Source: a virus
Lineage: Duplodnaviria > Caudoviricetes
DNA: 51,281 nt
Reading direction: 5' to 3' (one strand)
IMG/VR virus record: IMGVR_UViG_3300048865_000015
Span: 1-51,281 of that record
Under the pieces are notes generated by a model, which saw nothing but the letters and a program-made list of their open reading frames with translations, ran no database searches and was not told where the DNA came from. This document shows positions 37,612 through 47,138 of the stretch, in pieces; position 1 is the first letter of the stretch; the number at the start of each line of letters is the position of its first letter. Both the position numbers and the translations under genes were made by a program.

Positions 37612-39852
37612 ATGGCTTGGTATCGAGCTGGGACCGTCACGGTGAACAACGGTGATACGTTGATCGTCGGCGCCGGGACCTCATTTCTCACAACCATCAA
37701 GGCCGGCGACATCTTCGTCGGCCCCGACAACCTGCTGTACGAGATCGACACCGTCGTCTCCACCACGCAGTTCACCATAAAGACGCCCTATGGTGGCGAG
37801 TCGGCCGTAGGCGCATCCTACGAGATCATCCCGACCACGTCGTACCTGAAGACCCTGGCGTCGCAGGTCACGGACTTGATCGCGCTGTACCAGGGCGTCC
37901 CCCAGAACACCACGGACGCCCAGGCCGCCGCTGCCGAAGCACAGGCCGCCCGCGACGCTGCCATCCAGGCCAAGCAGGATCTGGAGGACGCGCGTGACGC
38001 GGCGGAGCTGTACAAGAACCAGGCATCGGATGCCGCCACTGCGGCGAAGAATTCCGAGACCAACGCGGCGCAGTCCGAGACCAACGCCAAGCAGTCCGAG
38101 ACCAACGCGGAGTCTGCGGCTGAACGTGCCGAGGCCGCCGCAGTCACCGTAGCCAACGTCAAGTCCGTCAACGGACGCGACGGCGCCATTGTGCTGACCG
38201 GTGCGGACGTCGGGATCAGCCCCATGTTCACGGGTGACATCACCCTTATGCCCGAGACGCTGGAAGAGGATGACGACGTCAAGATAACCCTGGCCCGTCA
38301 ACTCGATACCAACCCAGCATCGTTGCGCTCCACGGTGCCCGTCACGGGCACAGCATGGCAGCTGGACCTCGGAGATGGAACTACTCAGGACCGCGCTCGC
38401 TTGATGCGTAAGGACCCGGGGAACCAGTACACGCTGTACCCGGTGTGGTCTGTCGACCGCAACACGGGCTCCACGCGGTTCATAAACCCGCTGGCCGGCT
38501 CCGCGCCGCTCATGACGTTCTCCCGAAACGACACCTCCGAGGCCGTGTCCCTGTGCTTCAACACCACCGTGGGAGCACTCGACAACTGCAAGTACGACTT
38601 GCACTGGGAGCCCGGTGACGTCTTCGGCCTTCGCCTGTTCGACTCGTCGTTCTCCAACCCCGCGTATGTGTGGTCGGTGGACCCCGCGTCTGGCAGCGTG
38701 ACGTTCCAGAACAGTCCGATGGTGAAGCCGACTGCCGCCCATGCGCAGATCGTCCTGGCGAACGCGGGCGCCGGCTTCTACAACCGGATCCTCGGGACAA
38801 CCGGCGACGGCGTTACGAAGCGCTGGGCGCTCGACGTCGGATACGGCGCGAACCTGGACTTCTCCCTGACTCGCTACGACGACACCGGCGCCAAGCTGGA
38901 CCAGCCGCTGTACGTCGAGCGCGGCACCGGGAACATCACGATGGGCGGCGGGAATCCCTCGACCACCCAGGTGTGGCTGAGTGGCAAGGGCAACCAGCTC
39001 GTCTTCAACAAGCCCGCCACCACGGACCCGGCGCAGATCGTAGCCAAGGCGAACAACGTCACCCAGTGGTCCGTAGAGCTGGGAGACACGACGGCTGGCA
39101 ACTTGTCCGTGACGCGCTACGACGGCGCTGGCGCCAAGATCGACCAGCCTCTGGTCGTCGATCCGAGCAACGGGAGGGTATCGGTCGGCAAGGGGAACAC
39201 GGGGACCGCCCTGTTCTGGATGTCCGGCAAGTCGAACACCCTCGTCATGGACCGGACCACCAACGCCGACACCCACGCCATCGTCTCCGCGACGGGTGGC
39301 ATCGCTCAGTGGGGCATCGACATGGGATGCAGCACAAACGCTGGCGCTCGGCCGGGACACTTCGCAATCGACCGATACAACCCAGCTACGGGCGCCTACG
39401 TCGATACCCCGATGAATATCAACCCGACCACGGGCGTCGCAAACTTTAAGACGGGCTTCGCTGTTGGACCGAACGGGACGGATATGTGCGCCGACGCCAC
39501 GGTCTACACCTCGCCGGTCTATGTGCAAGGGACGAGCACCGCCTTCCCCGGCGCGTCCGCAACCTGCCGGTACGCGAAGCTGGGCCGCTGGGTGTTCTTT
39601 GTCTGCGGCATAAACATCCCCGACGCGAGCATCGCCCCGAACTCGGTCATCTCGATCAACATGCCCTATGCGGCTGTGTACACCATGGTTTACGCCGGCC
39701 GGAACAACTCTGTGGGCGGCAGCATGATGCAAGTCGTTCATTCCAGCGGGCAGTATCAGGCCGTGGTATTCAAATACGACAACACCGGTGCCGGTGTCGG
39801 CGTCACCAACGCTGGCATCATCTTCTCTGGATGCTTCCTCGCAACAGCATGA
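37612..39852 (+). CDS. Tail fiber (receptor-binding) protein
   Basis: MAWYRAGTVTVNNG N-terminus, SETNA repeats, repeated beta modules. Confidence 0.8.
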   Translation: MAWYRAGTVTVNNGDTLIVGAGTSFLTTIKAGDIFVGPDNLLYEIDTVVSTTQFTIKTPYGGESAVGASYEIIPTTSYLKTLASQVTDLIALYQGVPQNTTDAQAAAAEAQAARDAAIQAKQDLEDARDAAELYKNQASDAATAAKNSETNAAQSETNAKQSETNAESAAERAEAAAVTVANVKSVNGRDGAIVLTGADVGISPMFTGDITLMPETLEEDDDVKITLARQLDTNPASLRSTVPVTGTAWQLDLGDGTTQDRARLMRKDPGNQYTLYPVWSVDRNTGSTRFINPLAGSAPLMTFSRNDTSEAVSLCFNTTVGALDNCKYDLHWEPGDVFGLRLFDSSFSNPAYVWSVDPASGSVTFQNSPMVKPTAAHAQIVLANAGAGFYNRILGTTGDGVTKRWALDVGYGANLDFSLTRYDDTGAKLDQPLYVERGTGNITMGGGNPSTTQVWLSGKGNQLVFNKPATTDPAQIVAKANNVTQWSVELGDTTAGNLSVTRYDGAGAKIDQPLVVDPSNGRVSVGKGNTGTALFWMSGKSNTLVMDRTTNADTHAIVSATGGIAQWGIDMGCSTNAGARPGHFAIDRYNPATGAYVDTPMNINPTTGVANFKTGFAVGPNGTDMCADATVYTSPVYVQGTSTAFPGASATCRYAKLGRWVFFVCGINIPDASIAPNSVISINMPYAAVYTMVYAGRNNSVGGSMMQVVHSSGQYQAVVFKYDNTGAGVGVTNAGIIFSGCFLATA

Positions 39853-40268
39853 CCCCCTCAGTGACCCTTGACCCCGACCAGAAGTACCTCGTGCTGGCCG
39901 GGGGCGTACTCCGCCTCTCGGACTACGCAATTATCCCCAACGACCCCGACAACGCTGAGTACATCGCGTACCTAGACGAGGTCTTCCCGCAACCGGACGT
40001 CGGCTTGGTGACCATCATCCTCCAACAGATCATGGACGCCAAGGCGCACTCCCTGAACTACGACGACATCAAGACGGCGATCACCTACGCGGACGAGCCG
40101 GCTGTCCCGAAGTTCCAGGCCGAGGGCAAGGCGTTCCGCGCGTGGCGGTCCCTCGTGTGGGATGCCGCCTACAAGAAGCTCGCGGAACTCCAGGCGACCA
40201 ACTCCCCGATCCCGAAGTTCTCCGAGCTTCTCCCGCTCATCCCGAAACTCCAACTCCCAACTGAATAA
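39849..40268 (+). CDS. Tail fiber assembly/chaperone-like protein
   Basis: IPNDPDNAEY, YDDIKTAITYADEP..FQAEGKAFRAWRSLVW. Confidence 0.7.
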   Translation: MTPSVTLDPDQKYLVLAGGVLRLSDYAIIPNDPDNAEYIAYLDEVFPQPDVGLVTIILQQIMDAKAHSLNYDDIKTAITYADEPAVPKFQAEGKAFRAWRSLVWDAAYKKLAELQATNSPIPKFSELLPLIPKLQLPTE

Positions 40269-40552
40269 TGGCAACAGCAATCATCGCCGCCGGCACGTCC
40301 GCTCTGGCGTCCGACGACTTCACGCTGACCGCCGGGCAGACGTCCAACGTCGTCCTGGTCGGCGCTGCCGGCGCGGAGCCTGACCCGGGCGCCTTCGCTG
40401 ACGTGCAGTACAAGACGTCGGCCAACACCTACATCAAGATCGGGTCGCTCAAGGCCAACTACGTGGACCGCATAGTGACCCTCGTGGGTCCCGGGACCTT
40501 CCGCGTCAACCGGCCTGCCTCGGCCGTCTCCTGCGGCGTGGACCGGGACTGA
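40268..40552 (+). CDS. Hypothetical (probable virion) protein
   Basis: Beta-rich 94 aa, coupled. Confidence 0.6.
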   Translation: MATAIIAAGTSALASDDFTLTAGQTSNVVLVGAAGAEPDPGAFADVQYKTSANTYIKIGSLKANYVDRIVTLVGPGTFRVNRPASAVSCGVDRD

Positions 40553-41175
40553 TGCTCCGGCCCATCATCCAGGGCCTGCGGCGCGGTCAGTGCCGTCCTA
40601 CGTGCATCGACGCCCCCATGGTCGCAATGGCCGCCGGGGGCGCCACGCCGATGCAGGAGACGTTCTGGAATCCCAATGACGCAGGCGTCGGCCTGACGGT
40701 CTCTGGCGACGGCATGACCGTCCTGGACACCGACACGACCGGCTCCGCTGTCCGCTCGACCCGGGCGCAGTCCTCGGGCGTCCGCCAGTTCGAATGCGCG
40801 ATCATCGCGCTCGGCGGCGGCGGTGTAGGCGTGGGCGTGGCATCGGCCAGCTCCCCGCTCACCAGTGCCCCCGGCGGCCAATCGGGGTCCTGGGGCTACC
40901 GCTCGCCCGGCACCTCGTGGGCTCAAGGAACCCAGGTCGGCACGTGGGCCGCATACGGCCCCGGCGACATCATCGGCATCGTGTGCGACTTCAATGCCCA
41001 CACGATCAAGGCATACAAGAACGGCGTGCTCCAGGGCACCCTGACCGGCTCCGCGCTTCCCGCGACCGCCTACTGTCAAGGCGGCGCCATGGCTGGCACG
41101 GCCGGCGCATCCCTCACCCTCATTACCACCAACCTCAACTTCCCCATTGCAGGCGCTACCGCCTGGGACGATTAA
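40552..41175 (+). CDS. SPRY/B30.2-like domain protein
   Basis: VRST...SSGVRQFE, VGVGVA, YGPGDIIGIVCDF...YKNGVLQG. Confidence 0.7.
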   Translation: MLRPIIQGLRRGQCRPTCIDAPMVAMAAGGATPMQETFWNPNDAGVGLTVSGDGMTVLDTDTTGSAVRSTRAQSSGVRQFECAIIALGGGGVGVGVASASSPLTSAPGGQSGSWGYRSPGTSWAQGTQVGTWAAYGPGDIIGIVCDFNAHTIKAYKNGVLQGTLTGSALPATAYCQGGAMAGTAGASLTLITTNLNFPIAGATAWDD

Positions 41176-41177
41176 AC

Positions 41178-41390
41178 ATGGCAATCAAAGAAGCTCCGAA
41201 GTCCGCATTCGTATGGGTCCTGAACGGTCAGGTCTCCGCTATCACCTTCCCCGGCGAGCCGGTATCCCACAACCTGGGCGTGTGCGCTGGCGAGGTCCCC
41301 ATCGACCAGTGCCCCGGCGTGGGCGACTTCTACCCGCCCAAGGACGCCCCGAAGACCAAGGCGAAGGCCAAGTCCGCTGATGCTGCGTAA
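41178..41390 (+). CDS. Hypothetical protein
   Basis: 70 aa MAIKEAPK...; coupled to the holin. Confidence 0.55.
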   Translation: MAIKEAPKSAFVWVLNGQVSAITFPGEPVSHNLGVCAGEVPIDQCPGVGDFYPPKDAPKTKAKAKSADAA

Positions 41391-41674
41391 TGGACAACCA
41401 GTTCTCCTTCCGCCAGTTGCTGGCCGTCCTGGTCGGCATGGGCGTCGTCATCGGCCTGGGCAAGCTCCTGGCCTCTGACGAGAAGTTCACGTGGCGGCTG
41501 GCAATCGGCCGCTCCATCGTGAGCGCGGGGCTGGCCGTGGCCGCCGGCTCCATCATCGCGTTTGTCCCTGGCCTCAACCAGCTGGCGATCCTCGGCTTGG
41601 CCGCTGCGTCCGCAGTGCTGGGCGAGCAGTTCATCGAGCGCCTGATCCACCTCAAGGCGGGCGGATCGAATTGA
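41390..41674 (+). CDS. Holin
   Basis: 94 aa, multiple TM helices, GLGKLLASDE...GRSI. Confidence 0.75.
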   Translation: MDNQFSFRQLLAVLVGMGVVIGLGKLLASDEKFTWRLAIGRSIVSAGLAVAAGSIIAFVPGLNQLAILGLAAASAVLGEQFIERLIHLKAGGSN

Positions 41675-42000
41675 GCAAACGCCCCAAAGACCTCCGGGTC
41701 CTGGGGCGAGAGTTCACCGTGGTCACGGGCACCGAAGAGGCAATGCCCGACTGCTACGGCGACCTACACCCCCACACGCGGGTCATTCGGATCCGCGATG
41801 ACGTCAAAGGCTTCGACGAGGTCGACACGGTCCTCCATGAACTCATGCACGGGGTTCGATGGTGCCAGGGCCGGCAGTACCAAGGCGAGGTCGAGGAGGA
41901 CTGGGTGACAACCCTTGCCACCGGCCTCACCCACGTTCTACGAGACAACCCTGCGCTGCTGCGATGGATCGCGGCGACGCTACGCAAAGACACGACGTGA
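41671..42000 (+). CDS. Small HExxH metallopeptidase-like protein
   Basis: DTVLHELMH; TTG start overlapping the holin stop. Confidence 0.65.
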   Translation: MSKRPKDLRVLGREFTVVTGTEEAMPDCYGDLHPHTRVIRIRDDVKGFDEVDTVLHELMHGVRWCQGRQYQGEVEEDWVTTLATGLTHVLRDNPALLRWIAATLRKDTT

Positions 42001-42275
42001 GCGACAACAAACAAGCCATCGAGCAGCGCTTCGAACAGTGCCTGCTCGACGGTCTCCAGGGACAACCCCTGGTGACCAAGGACGGCCCGGTGACGGACCC
42101 GGAGACCGGAGAGATCCTGAAGGGTCCCCCGGAATCCTCGTTCCTCTCCGTGGTCCTGAACTACATCAAGCTGCTGCGCGGCGAGCAGCCCCCGAAGACA
42201 CCGACCACCGGCAAGGCCAAGGGCATGCTGGCCGAATTCGAGAACCGCATGCCGTTCGGAGCCCGGCCTAATTGA
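41997..42275 (+). CDS. Terminase small subunit (probable)
   Basis: Directly upstream of the large terminase; ends in MPF. Confidence 0.65.
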   Translation: MSDNKQAIEQRFEQCLLDGLQGQPLVTKDGPVTDPETGEILKGPPESSFLSVVLNYIKLLRGEQPPKTPTTGKAKGMLAEFENRMPFGARPN

Positions 42276-44137
42276 GCCTACGCCCCTGGTGGTGGCAGTC
42301 GGATGATCCTCTCCGCGAGGACTTCCGAAACATGGCCTACCTGATCTGGGAGCATATGTCGCTCCCAGCTCCGACGCCGGCTCAATACGACATCGCGTAC
42401 TTCCTCCAGTTCGGCTGGGCCGGCTACGGCATCACGCCGCAGGGCGAGATCGTGGAATGGTTCGGCCACGAAGCGGTCGAGCCTGACCGCACCGGCTGGA
42501 CCCGGATGGGCGACGCTGACGCCGCGTTCCGCGAGGACGTCCTGGAGGCGTTCCGGGGGATCGGCAAGTCCTACCTGACCGCAGGGTTCGCCCTGTGGCG
42601 CCTGTACCGTAACCCCTTCAGCGAGAAGATCCTGGTGGTCTCTGCCTCCGGCAGCAAGGCCAAGGAATTCGTCTCGATGGCGAAGACGCTCCTGACGTCC
42701 ATGGACATCTTCGCGCACCTCGTGCCGCGCGAGGATCAACGCGACACCGCGTGGGCCTTCGACGTCAATGGCGCCTCCATCTCCCAATCCCCCTCGGTCA
42801 AGGCCGTGGGCATCACCGGGCAGATCACGGGCTCCCGCGCCACGCTCATCATCGCGGACGACATCGAGGTCACGGACAACTCCAGGACCGAAGAGGCCCG
42901 CGAGCGCCTGCTCCACAAGACCAACGAGTTCGCCGCGATCAAGGTGACCGGTGGCGCCGATGTAATCTTCCTGGGCACGCCTCAGACCGAAGAGTCCATC
43001 TACACCAAGCTGATCCGCGAGATGGGTGCCCGGGGCTGGATACTGCCGGCTCGCTACCCCATGGCGGACAAGCGGGCCTCCTACGTCTTCAAGCGCGAAG
43101 GCGGCGCCGAGATCGATTGCCTATGCCCCCGGGCTCGGGCGGTCGACGCGGACCCCACGCTGGCCTGGAAGCCCACGGACCCCGAGCGGTTCAACGAGTC
43201 CGAGTTGCAGGCACGGGAGTCCAAGGGACGCTCGTACTTCGCATTGCAGTTCCAGCTGGACACCTCCCTATCGGATGCCGAGCGGTATCCCTTGAAGCAG
43301 CACGACCTCATCGTGATGGCGTGCAACCCCTTCAAGGCGCCGATGATCGTCCAGTGGGGCAAGGACTCCAACCGGCGGAACCTCCGCGTGGACCTGATGA
43401 ACTACGGGTTCTCTGGGGACCACTGGCTCGCTCCGCTCTTCGTCGATACCGAATGGCGGGAGTATGAGCAGTCCCTGCTCTTCGTCGACCCGAGCGGCCG
43501 AGGCAAGGACGAGACGGCCTGGGCTGTCGTGAAGACCCTCCACGGCATGATCTACGCAGTGGAGACCGGCGGTATCTCCGGCGACCCCGGCGCGGCCATG
43601 GCGGCTGTCGCTGCGGCGGCGAAGAACCACAAGGTCCACGAGGTCGTCGTCGAGCCCAACTACGCCGGCGCCATCTGGATCAACGCCTTCGAGCCGATCC
43701 TGGCCAAGATATGGCCCGCTGAGAAGCCCGGGGACACCGCCGGCTGTTCCATCCGCGAGGCGGAGTGGAGCCGCACCCAGAAGGAACTCCGCATCATCGA
43801 GACGCTGGAGCCCGTCATGACCACCCACCGGCTGGTCGTGGACGAGTCCGTGGCGTCCGATGGCGTCCTGATGTACCAGCTCACCCACATCACCCGAGAG
43901 CGCAACTGCCTGACGCACGATGACCGCATTGACGCCCTTGCCGGCGCCGTGGCGGAACTCGTGAACACCCTTCGGGTGGACGTCGATCAAGCTGCGCGGG
44001 AGATGAAGGAGGCGGAAGAGGACGAGATGCTGGAGGCATTCGTCGAGAGCTGCGAGCGGTCTGAGCGCGGCGAGTGGCGCAAGCTGTCCTGGGAAGGCGA
44101 AGAGGTCTTCAGCTACGAGTCCGATTCACACCTGTAG
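42272..44137 (+). CDS. Terminase large subunit (T7 gp19-like)
   Basis: EAFRGIGKSY, GQITGSRATLIIADDIE, VDPSGRGKDET, HDDRIDAL. Confidence 0.95.
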   Translation: MSLRPWWWQSDDPLREDFRNMAYLIWEHMSLPAPTPAQYDIAYFLQFGWAGYGITPQGEIVEWFGHEAVEPDRTGWTRMGDADAAFREDVLEAFRGIGKSYLTAGFALWRLYRNPFSEKILVVSASGSKAKEFVSMAKTLLTSMDIFAHLVPREDQRDTAWAFDVNGASISQSPSVKAVGITGQITGSRATLIIADDIEVTDNSRTEEARERLLHKTNEFAAIKVTGGADVIFLGTPQTEESIYTKLIREMGARGWILPARYPMADKRASYVFKREGGAEIDCLCPRARAVDADPTLAWKPTDPERFNESELQARESKGRSYFALQFQLDTSLSDAERYPLKQHDLIVMACNPFKAPMIVQWGKDSNRRNLRVDLMNYGFSGDHWLAPLFVDTEWREYEQSLLFVDPSGRGKDETAWAVVKTLHGMIYAVETGGISGDPGAAMAAVAAAAKNHKVHEVVVEPNYAGAIWINAFEPILAKIWPAEKPGDTAGCSIREAEWSRTQKELRIIETLEPVMTTHRLVVDESVASDGVLMYQLTHITRERNCLTHDDRIDALAGAVAELVNTLRVDVDQAAREMKEAEEDEMLEAFVESCERSERGEWRKLSWEGEEVFSYESDSHL

Positions 44138-44148
44138 AAGGAAAGCAC

Positions 44149-44265
44149 ATGACAGCGGTTGTAATCGGCAGCATCCTCGGCATCGTCCTGGGATTCACGG
44201 TGACCCTCGGGCTCACCCTGTGGGTCCTGGACCAGCTGGTGGACAGCTGCTGCCCTGGATGGTGA
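44149..44265 (+). CDS. Small membrane protein
   Basis: AAGGA RBS; 38 aa hydrophobic. Confidence 0.5.
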   Translation: MTAVVIGSILGIVLGFTVTLGLTLWVLDQLVDSCCPGW

Positions 44266-44349
44266 GGTCGTAGAACGGCCTACAAGGCGCTGGGATCACG
44301 GTGTGGGGGTAGGCTTAGGCCGCGCCTCATTCGCGCCCCCAGCGCCCGC

Positions 44350-44610
44350 CTATGCGGTCCTGTGCCCCTGCTGCTGAAGGTAGCCATGGAACCGCTGGAC
44401 CACGAAGGCGTAGTTGACGGCCTTGTTGCCCACGATGTATTCCTTGGGATCCATGGTGTCACGGAAGGCCGCATAGGCGTCCGGGTACATCGCTATCATC
44501 CTGGCGAGTTCACGGCGGGCTCGCTCATTGGCGGCCAGCAGGACGGCACGTAGAGCGATGACGGCCACGAGAAGGCACAAGGCCACCGCCGCGATGGTTC
44601 CGAGGGTCAT
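44350..44610 (-). CDS. Possible antisense membrane-anchored protein
   Basis: MTLGTIAAVALCLLVAVIAL...; only plausible minus-strand ORF in the prophage. Confidence 0.4.
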   Translation of the reverse strand: MTLGTIAAVALCLLVAVIALRAVLLAANERARRELARMIAMYPDAYAAFRDTMDPKEYIVGNKAVNYAFVVQRFHGYLQQQGHRTA

Positions 44611-44789
44611 GATGGGGCACGGGGAGTCACTGGGACGCATATGCTACCCCAGGCACCCTCGGCCTCAAAAATACCCAGAAAATGCGTGATGAGGTGTTCG
44701 GCCCCGCGCGAGCCAAGTTCCCCCCATGGCCCGGCCGGCGCCCCTCTGGCGGAATTCAAGGCTCGGCCAGGGCCGGCGGCAGGCGCATA

Positions 44790-45211
44790 CCCCACGTCAG
44801 GCCCCACGTCCCACGGGACGGCACGGGCTAACTCGTTGATCCATAAGGGCTATTGGCCCTGGCGCTATCGGATTAGGACAACGCAGGTGCCAGCACGGGC
44901 ATGCAATAGGCGTCCTGGGCGGCCTGGGACGGCACGGGATCGCATCGGGGCATGGGCGAGTGCGCACACTTGCACGCCTCTGTTTTTTTGCTTCCATGGG
45001 CAGGCAAGGCCATAGACGGCCCAGGGACACCTCATGCCTCACGGGACAACCCAGCGCCTCACCTGCCGCCACGGCACGCCTATACGGGCTGTACGGGCCG
45101 GCAATCGCCATCTATATGACGCACGGGACGGCACGGGCCGCCATCGACCTGGGATTGCGACGATCACGGGATAGCGCATGCCTGCCGATGCCGACTAAGG
45201 GACGGCACGGG
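44790..45211. repeat. Non-coding region with 4x GGGACGGCACGGG; probable virion genome end/packaging region
   Basis: Copies at 44815, 44926, 45125, 45199; lies between terminase and early promoter. Confidence 0.6.
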
Positions 45212-45284
45212 CTGGCCTGGGACCGCATGGGCTATGCCCGCTTTCGTTGCTTGTGTGCAACATCGTTGTAGATTGACACGCTTC

Positions 45285-45326
45285 TAAAGCGAGTCACTTG
45301 CAAGCTCGAAAAAACGTCTGTAGTAT
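45285..45326 (+). promoter_or_regulatory. Sigma70 early promoter TTGCAA-17-TAGTAT with operator-like site over the -35
   Basis: -35 at 45298-45303, -10 at 45321-45326; palindrome AAGCG-agt-CACTT within 45285-45300. Confidence 0.7.
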
Positions 45327-45356
45327 TCGGGTTTCAGCAGTACCGCACTACGCAAC

Positions 45357-45377
45357 TAAAGCGTTTCACTTACAAGG
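45357..45377 (+). promoter_or_regulatory. Operator-like palindrome
   Basis: TAAAGCGTTTCACTTACAAGG. Confidence 0.65.
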
Positions 45378-45387
45378 AACTCCGCAC

Positions 45388-45600
45388 ATGAAACTAATTC
45401 AGACGCTCATATCAGCGGACGGCACGCGCCGGGCTCGGGTCTTTTGGGATAAGGAATGGCAAGAGTACCGAGTGTGTTTCGCCATGCGCCCGGACGGCAA
45501 GGGAACGTGGCTTGTCCAGCAAGAAGCGGATTACTTCACAAGCGAACGCGAAGATGCGCTGCGTACCGCTGAACAGTACACGCCCGGCCACGAATACTAA
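45388..45600 (+). CDS. Early hypothetical protein
   Basis: AAGGA RBS; MKLIQTL...WQEYRV. Confidence 0.65.
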   Translation: MKLIQTLISADGTRRARVFWDKEWQEYRVCFAMRPDGKGTWLVQQEADYFTSEREDALRTAEQYTPGHEY

Positions 45601-45610
45601 GGGGACAACC

Positions 45611-45775
45611 ATGCAAATCATCATGACCATACTTACCGTGCTTACCCTGGTTTCCGTTATCGGCATGGTTGCCGCTGACGCATACGCGGACCCGTCCGCA
45701 AGCAACCGCGTCCAACTGGCCGCCGTGGTGCTGTCCCTGGGCGTAACCCTGGGCATTGTTGCGGCATTTCACTAA
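45611..45775 (+). CDS. Early small two-TM membrane protein
   Basis: AAGGGG RBS; two hydrophobic helices. Confidence 0.6.
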   Translation: MQIIMTILTVLTLVSVIGMVAADAYADPSASNRVQLAAVVLSLGVTLGIVAAFH

Positions 45776-45792
45776 AGCGTTTCGCTTACAAG
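45773..45792 (+). promoter_or_regulatory. Operator-like palindrome
   Basis: TAAAGCGTTTCGCTTACAAG. Confidence 0.65.
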
Positions 45793-45797
45793 TGATA

Positions 45798-45849
45798 GGT
45801 CGAAACGGGCGTAAGCCCGTCCACGTGTAAGGCACGTGCTGATGAGACC
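45798..45849 (+). ncRNA. Hammerhead ribozyme type II (HHR1)
   Basis: ggtc-GAAA-cgggc(gtaa)gcccg-TC^-cacgtg(taagg)cacgtg-CTGATGA-gacc; predicted cleavage after 45821. Confidence 0.92.
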
Positions 45850-45886
45850 GACGCAAGCCCGCGTCATAAACAATGGAGCAATCAAA

Positions 45887-46372
45887 ATGCAAGCAACGAT
45901 CAATGACTACCTGCTGGACAAGGCACGCTCTTCGCTGACCATCTACATGATTCACGAGGCCGAAAAGCTGCGCCGTTCCCTGGGATTCGGGTATGTCGAA
46001 AGCGCAGAGGCACCAGACACCTATGACAAACTCCGCGCCGCCTGGGACGTCAGCATGCGCACAAAGGCCGCCTTGCCCGTCTACAACGGGGGAAGCGACA
46101 AGACCATATACACGATGAACGAAGGCAACTATGCCTTCCGTTTCGTCCACGATGCCGCGCATGTCATGCTCCAGGCCAATTTCAGCCCGGCAGGCGAAGC
46201 CCGCGTATTTCAGTACCTGGGCAACAAGGTAAAGCGGGCATTCGGCGCGTACAGCATGGAATACAAGCTGTACGCGGCGGACACCATCGGGCAGGTTGCG
46301 TACTACGCGGTACATCGGGACTACGTGGTGGATCAACTGGCCTTCGCCCGCGCCATGCTCCAGGTCCATTGA
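45887..46372 (+). CDS. Early hypothetical protein
   Basis: GGAG RBS; NYAFRFVHDAAH motif. Confidence 0.7.
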   Translation: MQATINDYLLDKARSSLTIYMIHEAEKLRRSLGFGYVESAEAPDTYDKLRAAWDVSMRTKAALPVYNGGSDKTIYTMNEGNYAFRFVHDAAHVMLQANFSPAGEARVFQYLGNKVKRAFGAYSMEYKLYAADTIGQVAYYAVHRDYVVDQLAFARAMLQVH

Positions 46373-46393
46373 TAAAGTGTTTCGCCTACAAGG
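46373..46393 (+). promoter_or_regulatory. Operator-like palindrome
   Basis: TAAAGTGTTTCGCCTACAAGG. Confidence 0.6.
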
Positions 46394-46401
46394 AATCGAC
46401 C

Positions 46402-46896
46402 ATGCTTCAGTCCCGAATCCATCCGCTCAAGCCTGAATTCACCTTTGCCGGTTTCACGTTCCCGCGCTACGTCGCCACGCTTCCAACCGGGACCATGAAA
46501 GCCCGGGTAAGCCAGCGCAAGCCGCCCATGACTGGCGATTATTACCACGCGCCTACGCCGAACAACCGCGCCGGCATCGGCTTCTATCTGTCGGATAGCG
46601 ACGGTTGCCCGTTCTCCCTGCGGCATCAATGGTGCGATGAGGTACACGGCGCGTACATAGATCATCGGGGATGGTTCGCGGACGATTACCAAGACACGAA
46701 GTATCGCGGCATTGTTTTCCGCCTGCCGCATGGGCGCGGTTTCCTGGCCGGCTATTCCATGGGCGAAAACATGCTTTCGTCAGTTGACTTCTATGTGTAC
46801 CGCGATGCGGTGGACGCGGCATATGCGGCCGATGCGCTGGCCGAGCAAGCGGCAGACCGTGAACGGGAATACGTAGACCAGACCGAAGGCGCGTAG
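46402..46896 (+). CDS. Early hypothetical protein
   Basis: AAGGA RBS; GWFADD...RGIVFRLPHGRGFLAG. Confidence 0.7.
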   Translation: MLQSRIHPLKPEFTFAGFTFPRYVATLPTGTMKARVSQRKPPMTGDYYHAPTPNNRAGIGFYLSDSDGCPFSLRHQWCDEVHGAYIDHRGWFADDYQDTKYRGIVFRLPHGRGFLAGYSMGENMLSSVDFYVYRDAVDAAYAADALAEQAADREREYVDQTEGA

Positions 46897-46898
46897 CA

Positions 46899-46951
46899 GG
46901 TCGAAACGGGCCATGTGCCCGTCCACGTGTAAGGCACGTGCTGATGAGACC
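46899..46951 (+). ncRNA. Hammerhead ribozyme type II (HHR2)
   Basis: As HHR1 but loop III is catgt; predicted cleavage after 46923. Confidence 0.92.
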
Positions 46952-46968
46952 AAACCGGAGATAACGCA

Positions 46969-47136
46969 ATGAACCGCGCAGACCGTCCATTGACCCCTGA
47001 AGAGCTCGACGACGAATACAACCAGGATGGCGATGGGGAACATCCCGAAATGACACGCGCCTTATGGCGTCAGCAGGTAGCGGAGCAGCGGACCATCGCG
47101 GGCTACTGGGAATGGGTTGCCTACATGCTTAGGTAG
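46969..47136 (+). CDS. Early small protein (55 aa) flanked by HHR2 and HHR3
   Basis: GGAG RBS; MNRADRPLTPEELDDEY...GEHP...WRQQV...GYWEWV; absent from the ORF track. Confidence 0.7.
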   Translation: MNRADRPLTPEELDDEYNQDGDGEHPEMTRALWRQQVAEQRTIAGYWEWVAYMLR

Positions 47137-47138
47137 CA

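Noticed and set aside
37612-41175. Diversity-generating retroelement or invertible tail-fiber switch
   Set aside because: No reverse transcriptase, TR/VR pair, invertase or inverted crossover sites seen
6246-43990. Many long minus-strand ORFs (e.g. 6246..7946, 19200..20912, 37681..39930)
   Set aside because: Antisense shadows of GC-rich + strand genes with no recognisable motifs
45273-45278. TTGACA as the early -35
   Set aside because: No acceptable -10 at 16-18 bp; the TTGCAA/TAGTAT pair fits better
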